A DNA stretch of 63,004 bases, the filler included, from Sphacelaria rigidula (lineage: Eukaryota): NCBI GenBank assembly GCA_964200075.2. It is 10 parts of 10 records of this genome, joined end to end, with 100 filler letters (N's around TTAATTAATTAA, not from the genome) between each part and the next. Parts side by side here need not be neighbours in the genome. Positions count along the whole stretch, not along the records: positions 37,866 to 44,075 come from CAXNAA020021494.1; positions 44,176 to 50,385 come from CAXNAA020021495.1; 8 more parts are not named here. One strand, given 5' to 3'. The first letter of the stretch is position 1. The number at the start of each line of letters is the position of its first letter. A model generated the notes under the pieces. The model saw only the letters and a list, made by a program, of their open reading frames with translations, ran no database searches and was not told the origin of the DNA. This document shows positions 37,938 to 50,171 of this stretch, piece by piece. Both the position numbers and the translations under genes were made by a program.

Positions 37938-38547
37938 AGTAGTTGTCAATAGCTACCAGCAGATGGAGGAATGGGAATATATCTCGAAGAATTGGGGTGC
38001 ATGCGGAGGTTTTAATTTTCCGGGTTTTCATCCTCAATGAAGAGCTCCACCCTCGAAACCGATGATCGACTGTTTGTAGCGCGAAGCCTGCAGTTCTTGG
38101 GAAATGAGTCGAGTCGGAGGTGCAAGCGGGCAGGACGTTTCGCCGTATCTTTGCGTAAAGGCGTATACTTTGCACACCTTGCACGATGGATTCCATTGTC
38201 GATAAGTGTAATGAGTACAGTGTCGGCGATCGCGTCTAATGCAATAGGCGATAGATTCCATACTGTGCGCAGTACACTTTTGGAAAGTGCTATCTACTGT
38301 CATTGTCCAGGCTGTGACGCTAGATAATGACTCGGGATGATATATCAAACACGTGGTCAGAGGTTTATACACAGTATGCATGAACAGCGGCCGCCGCATC
38401 GATTATGAGGGATCATTGGGTCAGGTGTAAACTAGAGGAGAGGGTGTCGAAATCAGACTCGCCCAAGGGGAAACCGACCCCTCGAAGAGCAAACGCTTTC
38501 GAACTCACAACTCCCACCTTTTCCACTCTGTTGCGCTCTTTCCGTAG

Positions 38548-38690
38548 GTTACTCTGCACACGGAGTTCAATCTCTTCAAAGGGGAGGGAATGGGTGAAGA
38601 CCAATCCCCGCAACACACCGGGCACGAGACTGTTTTGTTCCTGTCCCCCGGAAGCTACAAGTACTACTTCACCGTAGATCATTGCCGCAG
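38548..38690 (+). CDS. CBM48 (AMPK-beta glycogen-binding-like) exon of a CBM48-LRR protein
   Basis: ccgtag|VTLHTEFNLFKGEGMGEDQSPQHTGHETVLFLSPGSYKYYFTVDHCR(R)|gtacag matches VxxxGxFNxW....M.....F...LxLxPGxYxYKFxVDGxW. Confidence 0.7.
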
Positions 38691-39242
38691 GTACAGACTG
38701 CTGCCGAGATACCCCCCCCCCCCCCCCCTCCCCCCCTCCGAATCTGCCAAAAACGTGCACGGAGGCGACGATCATGAATACCATTAGAGCTGGTTTCGTG
38801 CTGCACGGCGCGACTCATTGAGGCGTTATAGCTGATCTCCGACTGCTAAACGCCTCTCATATGGGCGAAATTGCTGCAAACGAGTCCAATAGTGGGGTCG
38901 CAGCCGGTTTGTCGGACGATCTCCAGTGCACTTCTTGTGGGGGGAGCTATCTCGGCATTAGTCTGTAGTACTTCTACTGCAACAGGCGAGATTTATCGAG
39001 CTTGCACGGTTACCCTCCACGGTCATGTTGAGGGGCAGAGGATGCGCTTTCTCGGCGGCACGTTCTCGGTACACTTGCTCGGAACGATTCTCCCGATACC
39101 TGTTGTGCACAACGCGGACAGAAAAAAAGCTCCTCCGTTCCCTGATACAAGCTTGATTGATTTTGCATGTTTGGGTGTGCGTTTTTAAGTTATGCTTAAT
39201 TCCCTTTTCGTATCGCTTGAACGGGTCCCAATCTATTCACAG

Positions 39243-39315
39243 GGTCGACGGTTCGCTTCCATTCGTTGGAGATAACGTGGGCGGCTGGTACAACGTCGTC
39301 ACAGTCACGAACAAG
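39243..39315 (+). CDS. CBM48 C-terminal exon
   Basis: tcacag|(R)VDGSLPFVGDNVGGWYNVVTVTNK|gtatag. Phase 2 fits the previous exon and it completes the DPxxPxxxDxxGxxNNVIxV motif. Confidence 0.7.
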
Positions 39316-39449
39316 GTATAGACGCGATAGCACGGTTCCCGACGTAGGGAGGGCTGTACAGTAACCTGTTCGTTATGTTGATCTCGATGGTCCACCGGGG
39401 CCCCCCCACCCCACCCCCCTCTCCCCCCCGCTCGACTCCCGATGAGGTT

Positions 39450-39990
39450 GACGTCGGTTGGCGATGACGCTGTAAAACACGCCACTCACTGCATAAGCTA
39501 GGCAACCGGGTTACCGGTTGTTTCTGCGCGCTTGTGTTTTTTATGCGGTAATCGTGATGGTGATCGAGCTACATCATATTGTAAGGGGTGGGAGAACCTC
39601 AACTCCGCGCAAGGGAGATTACCATAGTACGTAATATTTAAATGGTGAGATACCCATGAGGCAGTGTGTAACCCGTGGCTGTCTCTGGAAGCGTGTCGGT
39701 ACCAGAAAATGAAGCAGCTCATTTGAGGCTGTCATCCAAATGCAAGATAATCAGTAGGCTTCGGGCCGAACAATCTTAGCAGGATGCAGCTCACCCTTTG
39801 TGAGATTCGCCGAACACACCACGGCGCTTCCCCCTTGGTGATTGATTGCGAGCCTGATCCGGCGAAAATCCGGCGTACTCCGTCCCGGCTTTGTAGGGAT
39901 GCGAGATCAATAGTCATATGACTACGGCATGGGAGATCATGGGCACACTCCCCTCCCAGTACGGTGAGTACGCCCCGCCCCCCCCAGTAC
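39450..39990 (-). repeat. Long copy of repeat family B (intronic)
   Basis: Colinear with 48165-48650 from cgtcggttggc(g/a)atgacgctgtaaaacacgccactcactgc to the poly-C end. Confidence 0.85.
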
Positions 39991-40390
39991 GATGTGCTTG
40001 TCCTCGGCAAAATGTGTGTGCGTTTGAAATTTCGCGTGCTTGACGTTGTTTAGGCACAGATGGTCTAGCAGGTGGTCACCGAGGGGACGGGAACATGGAC
40101 ATGAATGCGCCGCCTTCCGACAGATTCGATCTGACGGCACCACTCTCTGTGATTCGTCGAGCTGTGCCCTTGTACCAAACTTGGCAGAAACCGCGCCCCT
40201 GGTACGATTGTCGCAGCGGGAGTACCCTTTCCCCCCTTCACCTTGCTCCGTCTCGAAAGGGATGCGTGGTCAATGGTCAAACGACTAAGGCAAGCAACAA
40301 ATGAGTACCCCCCCCCCCTTCACCTTGCGACGGTTTCCACCTAAACCGTACTTGCTCTAACGTCCTCACGTCTGTGAACTGTGTTTGTAG

Positions 40391-40621
40391 CACTTGGGAA
40401 AAGAGGGCGAGCTAGCGACTGTCGAGGGAGGGGACGGAAGTGAAACACCCCTGCGTCTTCGTCGACTCCGGAGGGAGTTCTTGCTTCCGCTCTCAAGTAC
40501 CGACGAGCCGTCGGCTGGCGCAGCTGTCGGCTGCGAGTTTCGCAATAACCCTGCCCACCCTCGACAAGGGGATGACTCCCTATCTTCTCCGCCCGCACTT
40601 CTTGGTGCGGCAGGTGTAGAG
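40391..40621 (+). CDS. Low-complexity linker exon of the CBM48-LRR gene
   Basis: ttgtag|HLGKEGELATVEGG...GAAGVE|gtacga, 231 bp, phase 0/0, no stops. No motif support. Confidence 0.5.
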
Positions 40622-40951
40622 GTACGACGCGGGATCGGCATCGTTATAGTCGTCGGTACCACTGTGCACTGAAACGAAAAGACGACTCACGCGCCTGCAA
40701 TATCATTGCTCCTTCCTGGTTTATCCATGCAAACGAGGGCTAACTTCCGTTGGTAGCGTCGAGCCGGCCAGTGCTATAGCCTCATTCTCCATGTCCAACG
40801 TGTCGTCCAGGAGGCACGTTCGTGCCACTCGCATCATTCATTTTCTTGTCGCGGCGTCACCACTGATTGGCTGAGGAACGCCATGATAAAAAAGAAAAAA
40901 GAAAAAGGTCCAAGTAACGTATTATATTTGCGATTCATGTTGTCTGCGTAG

Positions 40952-41173
40952 AAAAGCAAAGACGAGACACTAGGGGAGAACACAGCTTCAGCGGAGATCC
41001 AGCAACCGATGGATGGCGAAAACGAAGACACTCGGGCGGATTGTGAGCGCACCCACGCGACAAACACGTCAACCTCGACTCCATTAACGCGAATAGATCT
41101 TTCGCGACATCAGATCGGCGACGCCGGAGCAGTGGCCTTAGCTATGGCCCTCCGAGATAATATTCGTGTAGAG
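40952..41173 (+). CDS. First RI-like LRR exon
   Basis: gcgtag|KSKDETLG...PLTRIDLSRHQIGDAGAVALAMALRDNIRVE|gtgggt fits the LxxLxLxxNxIGDxGAxxLAxAL consensus. Confidence 0.75.
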
Positions 41174-41606
41174 GTGGGTGAGAGGACTGTATACACAGCG
41201 AGTACGTCGTGCCACCACTCTTTAATGGTCCCACGGCAAGATATTTCTCCCGTTGCCACAAGCCCTGCGGTGGGTATACATAGGAATGACATCAGTAGTG
41301 CTGGGTTTTCCTGGCGGGTGGATCGTTGCTCTCACCGGTGGTACGGTCTGGGAACGTTGTAACCCTATACTATGTCATGCGTTGCGTTTGGATAAAAATG
41401 GATGTGACCGTTTCTGTGTGTTCCGTGCGTGTTTCAGTTGTCCATGCATGACTCGATATTCCACAACTAGTAGCGGAAGAGGCACGTACTTGCATGCAAT
41501 AATTCTACCGCTGATGTTTCCAGACCCATCCATTCCGATCCCCTCGGCCACTCCCTCGTCGCCGCATATTTAGACCCGCACTCCACCCAACTTACTCGTT
41601 GTCCAG

Positions 41607-41909
41607 GAGCTGGACCTCAGTTTCAACCGCATTTCCGGGCATGGCATGGCGGCTCTATCGCATCCTCTAGGAGTGCCCCGATGCAACTTGGCTCGACTAC
41701 GTCTCGCACAGAACGGGATAGGTAAGCGGGGAGGTGACCACCTCGGGCGCATGCTGCTTGGCTCTAGCAGGACGGGGATGATCGAGATGCTGCAACCGAG
41801 CAATGCTCCCTGCCTCCGGGAGCTGAACCTGGCCGACAATATGCTTGGAGACGATGGGGTGGAAGGGATGAGTGTCGGCCTGGAGGGGCATCCGTGCCTG
41901 GAGATTCTG
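41607..41909 (+). CDS. RI-like LRR exon (three repeats)
   Basis: gtccag|ELDLSFNRISGHGMAALS...LARLRLAQNGIGKRGG...LRELNLADNMLGDDGVEGMSVGLEGHPCLEIL|gtaacg, 303 bp. Confidence 0.85.
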
Positions 41910-42235
41910 GTAACGTTTATTGAAAATCCCTCTGCGACTGTTGAGTTTTGGTCCGGAAGTGACGAGAGGGTTGATTTCTCTGACCCGATGGTGTTTTAGT
42001 GAACCGATGATACTTCTCTATTTCCATGGAAATCCATGAAAAGAAATTGTGTCAGCTTTTCGTTTGAATTTCTCGATATTCTTGTGCTGCTGCTGTAGGT
42101 CCAGCGATTGAAAAAGTCGCGTGTCTCGAAAAATAAGCGTTGATGTGTGCAGACCGTGTTGTCTAGATCCTCCGGTGACTTGAAAATATTCTACACGTCG
42201 GACAAGTCAACTCAGGGTAACGCGAGGTAATTGTT

Positions 42236-43215
42236 TTCCCCATAACTCAGCTGTGAGTTACAGGAACACAACTTAGCGGTGCATATTCTGGTCAGGCGAG
42301 TTATAGAAGATAACTCAGCGGTTCATATTCCGATCTGGTGAGTTTTAGAAGATAACTTAGCGGTGCACTTTGTGGTCGGGTGAGGCATAGAAGATAACTC
42401 AACGGGGAATATTCTGGCCGGGCGACTTGTAGAACATATAGCCCAGCGGGGAATGTCTTGGTTAGGTGAGTTATACAGCATATATAACCCATCGGTGCAT
42501 ATTCTGGTCGCGTGAGTCATAGAACAAGAGTCAGCGGTACATATTCTAGGCAGGTGAGTTATAAATCGTAACTTATTGGTGCAAAATCTGGTCGGGTGAG
42601 TTACACTATACAACATAACTCGTCGATTGATAGAGAGAGAGATGCGTGGAGCTCACTTACGTGTTCTGAATTTGTGTACACAGAGATGATACATTTGCTC
42701 CGCTCATCATGGTCCTGTCGTATGTACTTCAAGTTGTTGACCGCTGTGTTCCGCATGTTCCCGGTCGGGTGAGTTGCTCGGCATAACTCATTTCCCATAA
42801 CTCAGAGGTGAGTTATGTAACACAACTTAGCGGCACATATCTCGATCTGGTGTGTTGTACGACATAAACTCAGCGGCGCATACATATCCCAATCAGGTGA
42901 GTTATACAGCACACTTTAGCGGTGCATTTTGTGGTCACGTGAGGTATAGAAGGTAAATCAGCGGTACACATTCTGGCCGGGTGAGTTATAGAAGATGACT
43001 CAGCGGTGCATATTTTGGCTGGGTGAGTTATAGCAACATAACGCAGCGGTGGGCATTCTGGCCGGGTGATTTATAGGTTTATACGACATAAATCATCGGC
43101 GCACATTCTGGCCGGGTGAGTTATAGGAGATACCTCAGCGGTGCACACTGGCAAGGGTGAGTTCTGCAAGAGATCTCAGCGTTGGATATTTTCGGCCGGC
43201 GAGTTATACAGCGTA
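42236..43215 (+). repeat. Intronic 42-bp minisatellite in two blocks (42236-42620 and 42765-43215)
   Basis: Consensus approximately gagttatagaagataactcagcggtgcatattctggccgggt. A period of 42 is seen at 42298, 42340 and 42382. Confidence 0.9.
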
Positions 43216-43329
43216 ATAACTGGGTTAACTCATGAGTTGTCAGGTCTGTGAAATATCCGTCGCGTACCAGGCATCAATTCCGTACTGCCCCATCCCCCCC
43301 GCCTGTCGATGTCGCCGGGTTCCGAGCAG

Positions 43330-43452
43330 GTTCTGGACGGGAACGACATTGGTCACGACGGCACCAAGAGCTTGTACCATGCTCTGCTTCGAAACGCATC
43401 ATTGAAACGGTTAAGTCTTCGGAGAAACGCCCTCTTGGCAGATGCAGCGCAG
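43330..43452 (+). CDS. RI-like LRR exon (gene probably continues off the contig)
   Basis: gagcag|VLDGNDIGHDGTKSLYHALLRNASLKRLSLRRNALLADAAQ|gttagt, 123 bp. It continues LEIL-VLDGN across the intron and is absent from the ORF track. Confidence 0.85.
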
Positions 43453-46400
43453 GTTAGTTGCGAATTTTAGAGATTGATTGATTCATTGATTGATTGTCGC
43501 ACTTTAACTGACCCCCCAGGGATCCAGCCGTGACCTCATGATAGACGTACCCAAGAAAGACGAAACTGAAACACGCTCTGAGAAAAAAAGAAGGAACAGA
43601 AAAAAAGAAAGAAAGAAAGAAAGTGGGTCGACAGAAAACCGCACATAATACCGCGTCGAACAGTATGTAATATTTATACGATGATGAGGTACATCATAAT
43701 ACTTCATGTTGTCTGTGCAAGGGAAAGTCGTTCCAAGGTTTCTAGTTCTAGACACGTTTTGTCACCAAGCGTGAGGCGCCGATCGTCAAGCACAACTCTA
43801 CCATACTACGTAGACTGCTACTCGAGGGAAGGAGGGAGATAGAGACGTCCTAGCTGAAATTTTACCTACTGGTCGAAAATTTGGAAGGAGAAACCTGAAT
43901 TGTTGGGGGGGGGGGAGGGGGGGGATGGTCAAGTGACGTCATACGCAGAGGCGAGGGACTGCTGCCGAGATAGCCCCCCCCCCGAACCGGCCAAAAGCTG
44001 GTGAAGAAACATAATGAGCGCCAGAATGTAGGAGGTGTCTCTATTAGGAGTAGGAACGGTGCTCCGTCTCGAAAGNNNNNNNNNNNNNNNNNNNNNNNNN
44101 NNNNNNNNNNNNNNNNNNNTTAATTAATTAANNNNNNNNNNNNNNNNNNNNNNNNNNNNNNNNNNNNNNNNNNNNGAGTTGCTTTATTCTGTGGTATCGC
44201 CACTTCCAGAGACAGCCACGGCTCATACACTGCCTTATGGGTGTCCAAACAGGGGGGGTTGGAGGTTATTGGGCAGGGGGGTACTCATTTATTGCTTGCC
44301 TTCGTCGTTTGACCATTGATCACGCATCCCTTTCGAGACGGAGCACAGTTCCTACTCCTGATAAAAACACCTCCAACATTTCGGGGACCGTTATGTTTCT
44401 TCCATACATTGCATGAATACCCTTGACATATATCATTCCCGTCCTGTTTCGCCGTCTGTGGTCACCATCAATCTCCTGGTATAGCCGTAATTTTTTCGCT
44501 ACTGACTAATGCATCAAACGATTTCATCCCAACTGCATTCACGTCCCGTTCCTCCTTGTATACAATGGTTCATATTCTGCCACCATGTGAGTTCTGCTCT
44601 CTACTGCTTTGCCACAGGGGTAATTCTGTGCATCTACTTCCTTCTCTTCTCGGCTACTCGTAAATTTCTTTATTCTTTGTGGCTAGCCCAGGTCCCCCAC
44701 CCGAAATCGCAGTTTCAAATGGAGGGAGAGGGGGGGGGGCAGGGGCTAAAGCGTCGAAGGCGAACAGACCGCACAAATTGCGGATTGAGGGGTGTGGATA
44801 GTACTTAGTAGTCACTCAGCAGAAGAAAATGACATTTTTGTTGTGCGTGCGCTCGGTGCCAAAGAATAGTGCGCGAGAAACCGGGTGCCATTTTGTAGGA
44901 ATAATTTGGTTTGTGGGTTTGGTATGATTTGACTTGAGTTTGCACATAGCTTGATCCGCTATCAATCCCGACGTAGAACGGCGGGACATAAAAACATGCA
45001 TCAGTCGTGCGGACAAAAGCAAAAAAAAGTAACAATGTGGATTAATCTCGCCTGAACGACAACGGCACCGAAACAAACAAACAAAATCGCACAACCAATG
45101 AAACAAATCAACTCTGAGACGAGCCGTCCGTAGGTTATGGAGCATGACACCCGGACTGACAAAAGACACTCCAGCTCCATTATTTAGGAAACTGCCGGAG
45201 CGGGCGCTCCGGCGACAACTCTGTCGGAGTACAAGTACATATCTCATCGAAATCATTTGGCAGGCGAAACCAACAAGTCGTGCGGGGGCCTCGTCTTTTT
45301 TTCTCTCGTCGTTATCCCCCCCCCCCCTCCCCCCGCCTTCCCGGGACGAACCCGTACTCTCTCAAAGAGGGATTCAAGCCACCTCTCCTTCGGTACATTG
45401 AATGGAATACCCCGGTAGCTTGTTGACTCCCACCGAATTTATCGTCAACTCACGGTCTCATCCTTTCCCCAACGGAAACCATTGAAAGAAAACACTAATC
45501 GTACCCGTTGAGGGTTGGACTTGCTACTGTACTCGGTCCCAAACTGGCTCATGCATGATGTAGATACATCACGTTTTGTCAGCGGGGCACGACGGCCGCG
45601 AAAACAGGAAATCATCGTTGTGTCGAATATTTTTATCGTCGGGGGTGGTATACTGCGTATAACACACACGATAGTAACATGGACAAAACAGGCCATATGA
45701 GTCTAACCTTCGGAACGATAGTATTGTGTCGCGACAGACTGCTTGGGAAGCGTGCAATAGAATCAATACATGAAATTTAAAACTAGCGCAGGATGTTTGT
45801 CTTTGTGATAAAATGATGCTGCTGCTGAGTTGCAAAATGATGGGTCATGTCAAAGAAGGTTCTTTATAGGGTTCCAGAGATTAAATTGATCATCCAAGCG
45901 TACACTGAAGGGTCGTTTCGCAAGAGAGCATATATATATATATATATTCGTAGAGAGCGAGAGAGAGAAACAAATAGATGCACAACAGTATAAATACACT
46001 GACAAAAACGGTGACCCAATTCTCGTGACTTTGCGCCGGCTTTCTATCAGCACACAGAAGTATGCACATTTTCCCCTCTTTTCTGCCATCCATTTTTTAA
46101 CGCCTCCCCTTCCTTGGAAGTGACCGTAGTCTTCTGAGACAAACTCTTATCTCCATCGGTGGAAATATCACCTCATGTTCCTTTTGGTATCGCGAGAGCG
46201 GATCAGCACTCCCGCATTCTCCTAAATGCCGAATTCGCGTCCTTACATTGTCAGCGACGAAAAAATCATGTACTTTTTCATAACAAGAATATACGTACGA
46301 ACATTGTATTTGTATACTCCGGAGCATTTTTTTTTCTCTTCTTTTCTTTCTCTCTTCTTTCTCTCTTCTTTCTCATTTAACTCTGTCTATTTTACGTTCT

Positions 46401-46884
46401 CTGTATTTTTTTTTCACTTTTCCAAGCGAGAGTTTCAGTTTCAGTTTATGGTCTCGGATACGTCCATCATGTGGATTATGATCACGGCTGGATCATGACT
46501 CCTGGGGGATCAAATAAACTGCGATAGTCAATCAAATCATCAATCATTACATACGACAGCACATAAAGAATAAAATGTGAGAGAGAATCCATGAAAAACA
46601 CAGACGGTTTTACGGCTCACAGCATTCACGAGCTGACGGGCCAGTACGCGGACGTGTGCGAGCAAGGACTGGACAAAGAATGAGCTTCAAACACCCGAAC
46701 GCCAAAAATTCACACCATCACAACTTTTTTTTTTCCCCGTAGTGTACTCCGCTCATCTGTTCTAATTTTCTGTTGCGTTCACTTCAGCGAGTATTTCCCT
46801 TTTGTGTTTTCATCTCGGGTACATTCATCATGTGGACAATGACAACGGCAGGATCCCTGGGCGATCGGGTAAGGTGCGACAATC

Positions 46885-47120
46885 CATCACATCAATCAAT
46901 CGATCAATGAATAAATCAATCAATCAATTATTCACTCAACCAACCAACAAACAAATCAACCAAGCAATTAATCAATCAATCACGCAATCGATCAATCAAT
47001 CGATCAATCAATCACGCAATTGATCAATCAATCAATCGATCCATCAATCACGCAATTGATCAATCGATCGATCGATCAATCAATCAAGCAATCAATCATA
47101 CATTGAATTAATCGATCAAT
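46885..47120. repeat. (ATCA)n/(ATCG)n microsatellite
   Basis: Directly visible. Confidence 0.9.
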
Positions 47121-47386
47121 CATGCATTCGACCTACCAACCTAACAACAACGTCTCCAACGACATTACTTATTCCATCATACAACCACGAAATGACCGAT
47201 GTAAGGCAACACGGTATTTGAAACGACATTTTTTTTTGTGGGAGACTTTGCTGTGTAAAATAGGCACAGCATATCGGGTAATGACGAACATGTACAAAAT
47301 ACATAAACGCCATCACATAAAAATCTTCTGAGTGCAACACCCTCATTCACCACCCTTGCCTCGAGTGTAAACTACATATTTCATAC

Positions 47387-47546
47387 CGGCGTATTTAACG
47401 ATCTTGGCGAAGTCTCGAAGAACCAGGGCACAGAGCAGGGGCGGCACGGCGATTGCTACCCGAAATGATTTGATGATGACAGGGTCCGTCTCTGCGTTGT
47501 CCACGTGGTCGTGGTAAATCGCCGCCATCATGTTGTTCGAAATCAC
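47387..47546 (-). CDS. Aa_trans/TMEM104-like amino acid transporter exon
   Basis: cctcag|VISNNMMAAIYHDHVDNAETDPVIIKSFRVAIAVPPLLCALVLRDFAKIVKYA(G)|gtatga. In phase with the upstream exon; hydrophobic helix with a PP motif. Confidence 0.75.
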
Positions 47547-48164
47547 CTGAGGTCCCCATGAGAAAGAAAAAAAAACGTCGGGAGTCGGGTGGAGAAGAGC
47601 ACGCTTCCTCGCGTTGCTGGGGTCTTGCAGCAACCTCGATCTTCAACTCAACTTTCGCGAAGATTTTCCCCGCAGTACGGGGCAATTACTCGCGTATACA
47701 TACGAGCATGGACCGTGGTGCACGACCCATGACGCTGGCATGATACATGAGTCCAAGTCACTAACGTTTCAGTCGAGGCAGGCGCTGGTCACTACTACAA
47801 GACGACCGGACACGGCGTTGAAAATGTTGAGCAAAAAGACACTCAGGAGCCGATCATGACGCTGAGATAACGGACAGCGATCTATCGGAACGATCACGAT
47901 ACTGTAACGGTCAGCACATTGCACCAATGCCAAAACAGTACTGCTGTGTATTGCTTTCACATATACAATCTATATTATACATACTGGAGATTCGTATCAT
48001 CAATATACCAATACGTGAGCAATATGTTCAGGCACGAGCAACAAGGGCGCAGCTCAAGCCAACCCCCCCCCGGCACGGAAGGGATGCGTGTTCAATGGTC
48101 AAACGACCAAGGCAAGCAACGAATGAGTACGCCCTCCCCCAGCAATCTCTCTGTCAAGGGATGG

Positions 48165-48650
48165 CGTCGGTTGGCAATGACGCTGTAAAACACGCCACTC
48201 ACTGCGCAAGCTAGGCAACTGCGTTTTTTTTGCTGAAATCATGATGGCAGTCGAGTAACATCATATTGTGCGGGGTGGGGGAACCGCAACCCCGCACAAA
48301 TGGGATGCTCGTACTATGCAGTGTTCATGTGACGAGAGACATCCATGAGGCAGTATGTAACACGTGCCCGTCTCTGGGAGTGGCGATACCAGAAAATGAA
48401 GCAACTGCCTCGAGGCTGTTATCCGTATACAAGGTGACTAGTACGCTTCCGGTCGACCAATCGTGACAGGATGCAGATCACCCGTCATGGTACTCGCCGA
48501 CCACATCACGGCGCACCGCGCTTGGTGATCGATTGAGAGGCTGGTCCGGCGAAAATTCGGCGTGCTCCATCCCGGCTTTGTAGGGATGCGAGGTCAATGG
48601 TCTTTTGGCTACGACATGCAAGATCATGAGTGCCCCCCCGCCCCCTCCCC
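48165..48650 (-). repeat. Long copy of repeat family B (intronic), directly next to a family A copy
   Basis: Colinear with 39450-39990. Confidence 0.85.
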
Positions 48651-49181
48651 CCCAGCAAAGACCTCCACACTTGTCTTGAGCGAAGCCTTCAGAACGCTCT
48701 AGGCGCCTATCCCACATGACTTCCACTAGGCGGTCCAGCCGAGCCTCCGGGTAATCGGCGCACGAAACCGCTTGCGGGTAAGGGTAGGGGTGAATTTTCT
48801 TCTTTCTTTTAAGGGAAGAAAAAATAGTCAAGATTCGCGGATGCAGTGTGGAGCACACGTAAGTGGTTCGTCCTGCAGAGCATTTACCCTCGATGGGGAT
48901 CAGAGGCCGCTACGATAGCACGCCCTTGGTAGTGAGGAATGACTTTCCCTTGGACACTGTCAAGGGGATCTCAAATGCGGAATCCCAGGAACGTGAGGAA
49001 CGTGAGGAACGGGCTGCAGTATGCACGTATGGTCCTATTCAACGCACCGATTGAATTTGCAGAAGAGATTCCAATATTTTCGTAGTTTATTCCAGGGCAA
49101 AGAAGCTATAATACTGTGAAAAGTTGAGCTGACCATGACGTCGAGAGGACACACTATGATACTGTGAGAGGTTGAACTAAC

Positions 49182-49340
49182 CATGACGTTGAGCGGATAG
49201 ACGCTGGTCACGTCGATGACCGGAAAAAGGACGACGAAGTAAGCTAGCAGCCGTCCGGCGGAAGAGATCATGTCCATGCTTCCTGCGTCTTCCCCTCCAG
49301 GGGCATAACTTTGCCAGTTGACGTTACAGCTCCCGCTCAC
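49182..49340 (-). CDS. Aa_trans/TMEM104-like amino acid transporter exon
   Basis: atacag|VSGSCNVNWQSY...GRLLAYFVVLFPVIDVTSVYPLNVM|gttagt, 159 bp. FxxLFPV....S.YPL....(I/L)xNN resembles TMEM104-type transporters. Confidence 0.75.
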
Positions 49341-50171
49341 CTGTATCGAACGATGTTCAACCATAATACTTGATTGATTGATGGGCTAAGTGATCAATTG
49401 GTCGTCCACACAGCAGCAATCCGCCATGAGCTATTTGCCAGAAGTGGTCACAAGGTTTGATATAAACGTGCATACGTACCCAAGGTGAAATACACGCACA
49501 CGGTGAACCACTCACTGAAGAAAAACCCCAGGAATAAATAATGGAGGGGGAGAGGAGGAAAAGAAAAAAACAAACGAGAAAGAGGAGAGAAGGGAAGAAA
49601 CAAATAAGCAAAAAAAAAGTAAACCGATATAGAAAACACCAAGCTGACAACCACCACAAATCGCAAGAAAAAATCCCCGACACTTCCCTCTCGCCAGGGT
49701 TGCTCAGGTAAGGAGTCAGTGCAACAAGCAAGGCACGAGTAGAGTGGAAGCAAAAGCGTTATTTTTCTGTTATGGGGATAATCCGGAACGCGGGTTACTT
49801 ATTATAGGCACAAAAAACATCATGAGAGAACCGTTGAAGATCGCAGAAGACAGAATTCCCACGCGAACAACCCGGTTGTTCTACTCGTATACCAGTAGTC
49901 AGGTACAGGACGGAAGAATTTTTGATCGATTGATTGATTGGTTTGTCCATTCACTGATGGTTGATTGTCGCACTGCCCTAGGAAATCCAGCCGTGGTCAG
50001 GGCGAACTACCCCACATCGGCGCAAATAGGGCTGTACTTTACGCAATACACCTTTTTTCTACAGTAGTGCAACGATTGACCACATCTTGTCCAGAGTGCT
50101 AAAATATTTCGAGTTTGAATCCAAACATACAGTACAATACAGTACACGTTTTTTTATTTTCTTCTTGTGTA

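Noticed and set aside
38080..38207. Extra upstream exon of the CBM48-LRR gene (..FAHLARWIPLSIS|gtaatg)
   Set aside because: It could supply the first CBM strand, but the donor is weak and the boundaries are ambiguous, so it is not called.
42236..43215. CRISPR-like array of palindromic repeats
   Set aside because: Units are contiguous degenerate 42-mers with no unique spacers, no cas genes, and they lie inside a eukaryotic intron.
48665..48775. Exon-like segment (..DYPEARLDRLVEVMWDRR..) inside the transporter intron
   Set aside because: No clean splice sites, and the flanking transporter exons already join seamlessly (NVM-VISNN).
21162..49340. Functional cluster of PAN2, CBM48-LRR and transporter genes
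   Set aside because: They lie on three separate contigs placed together only by length sorting.
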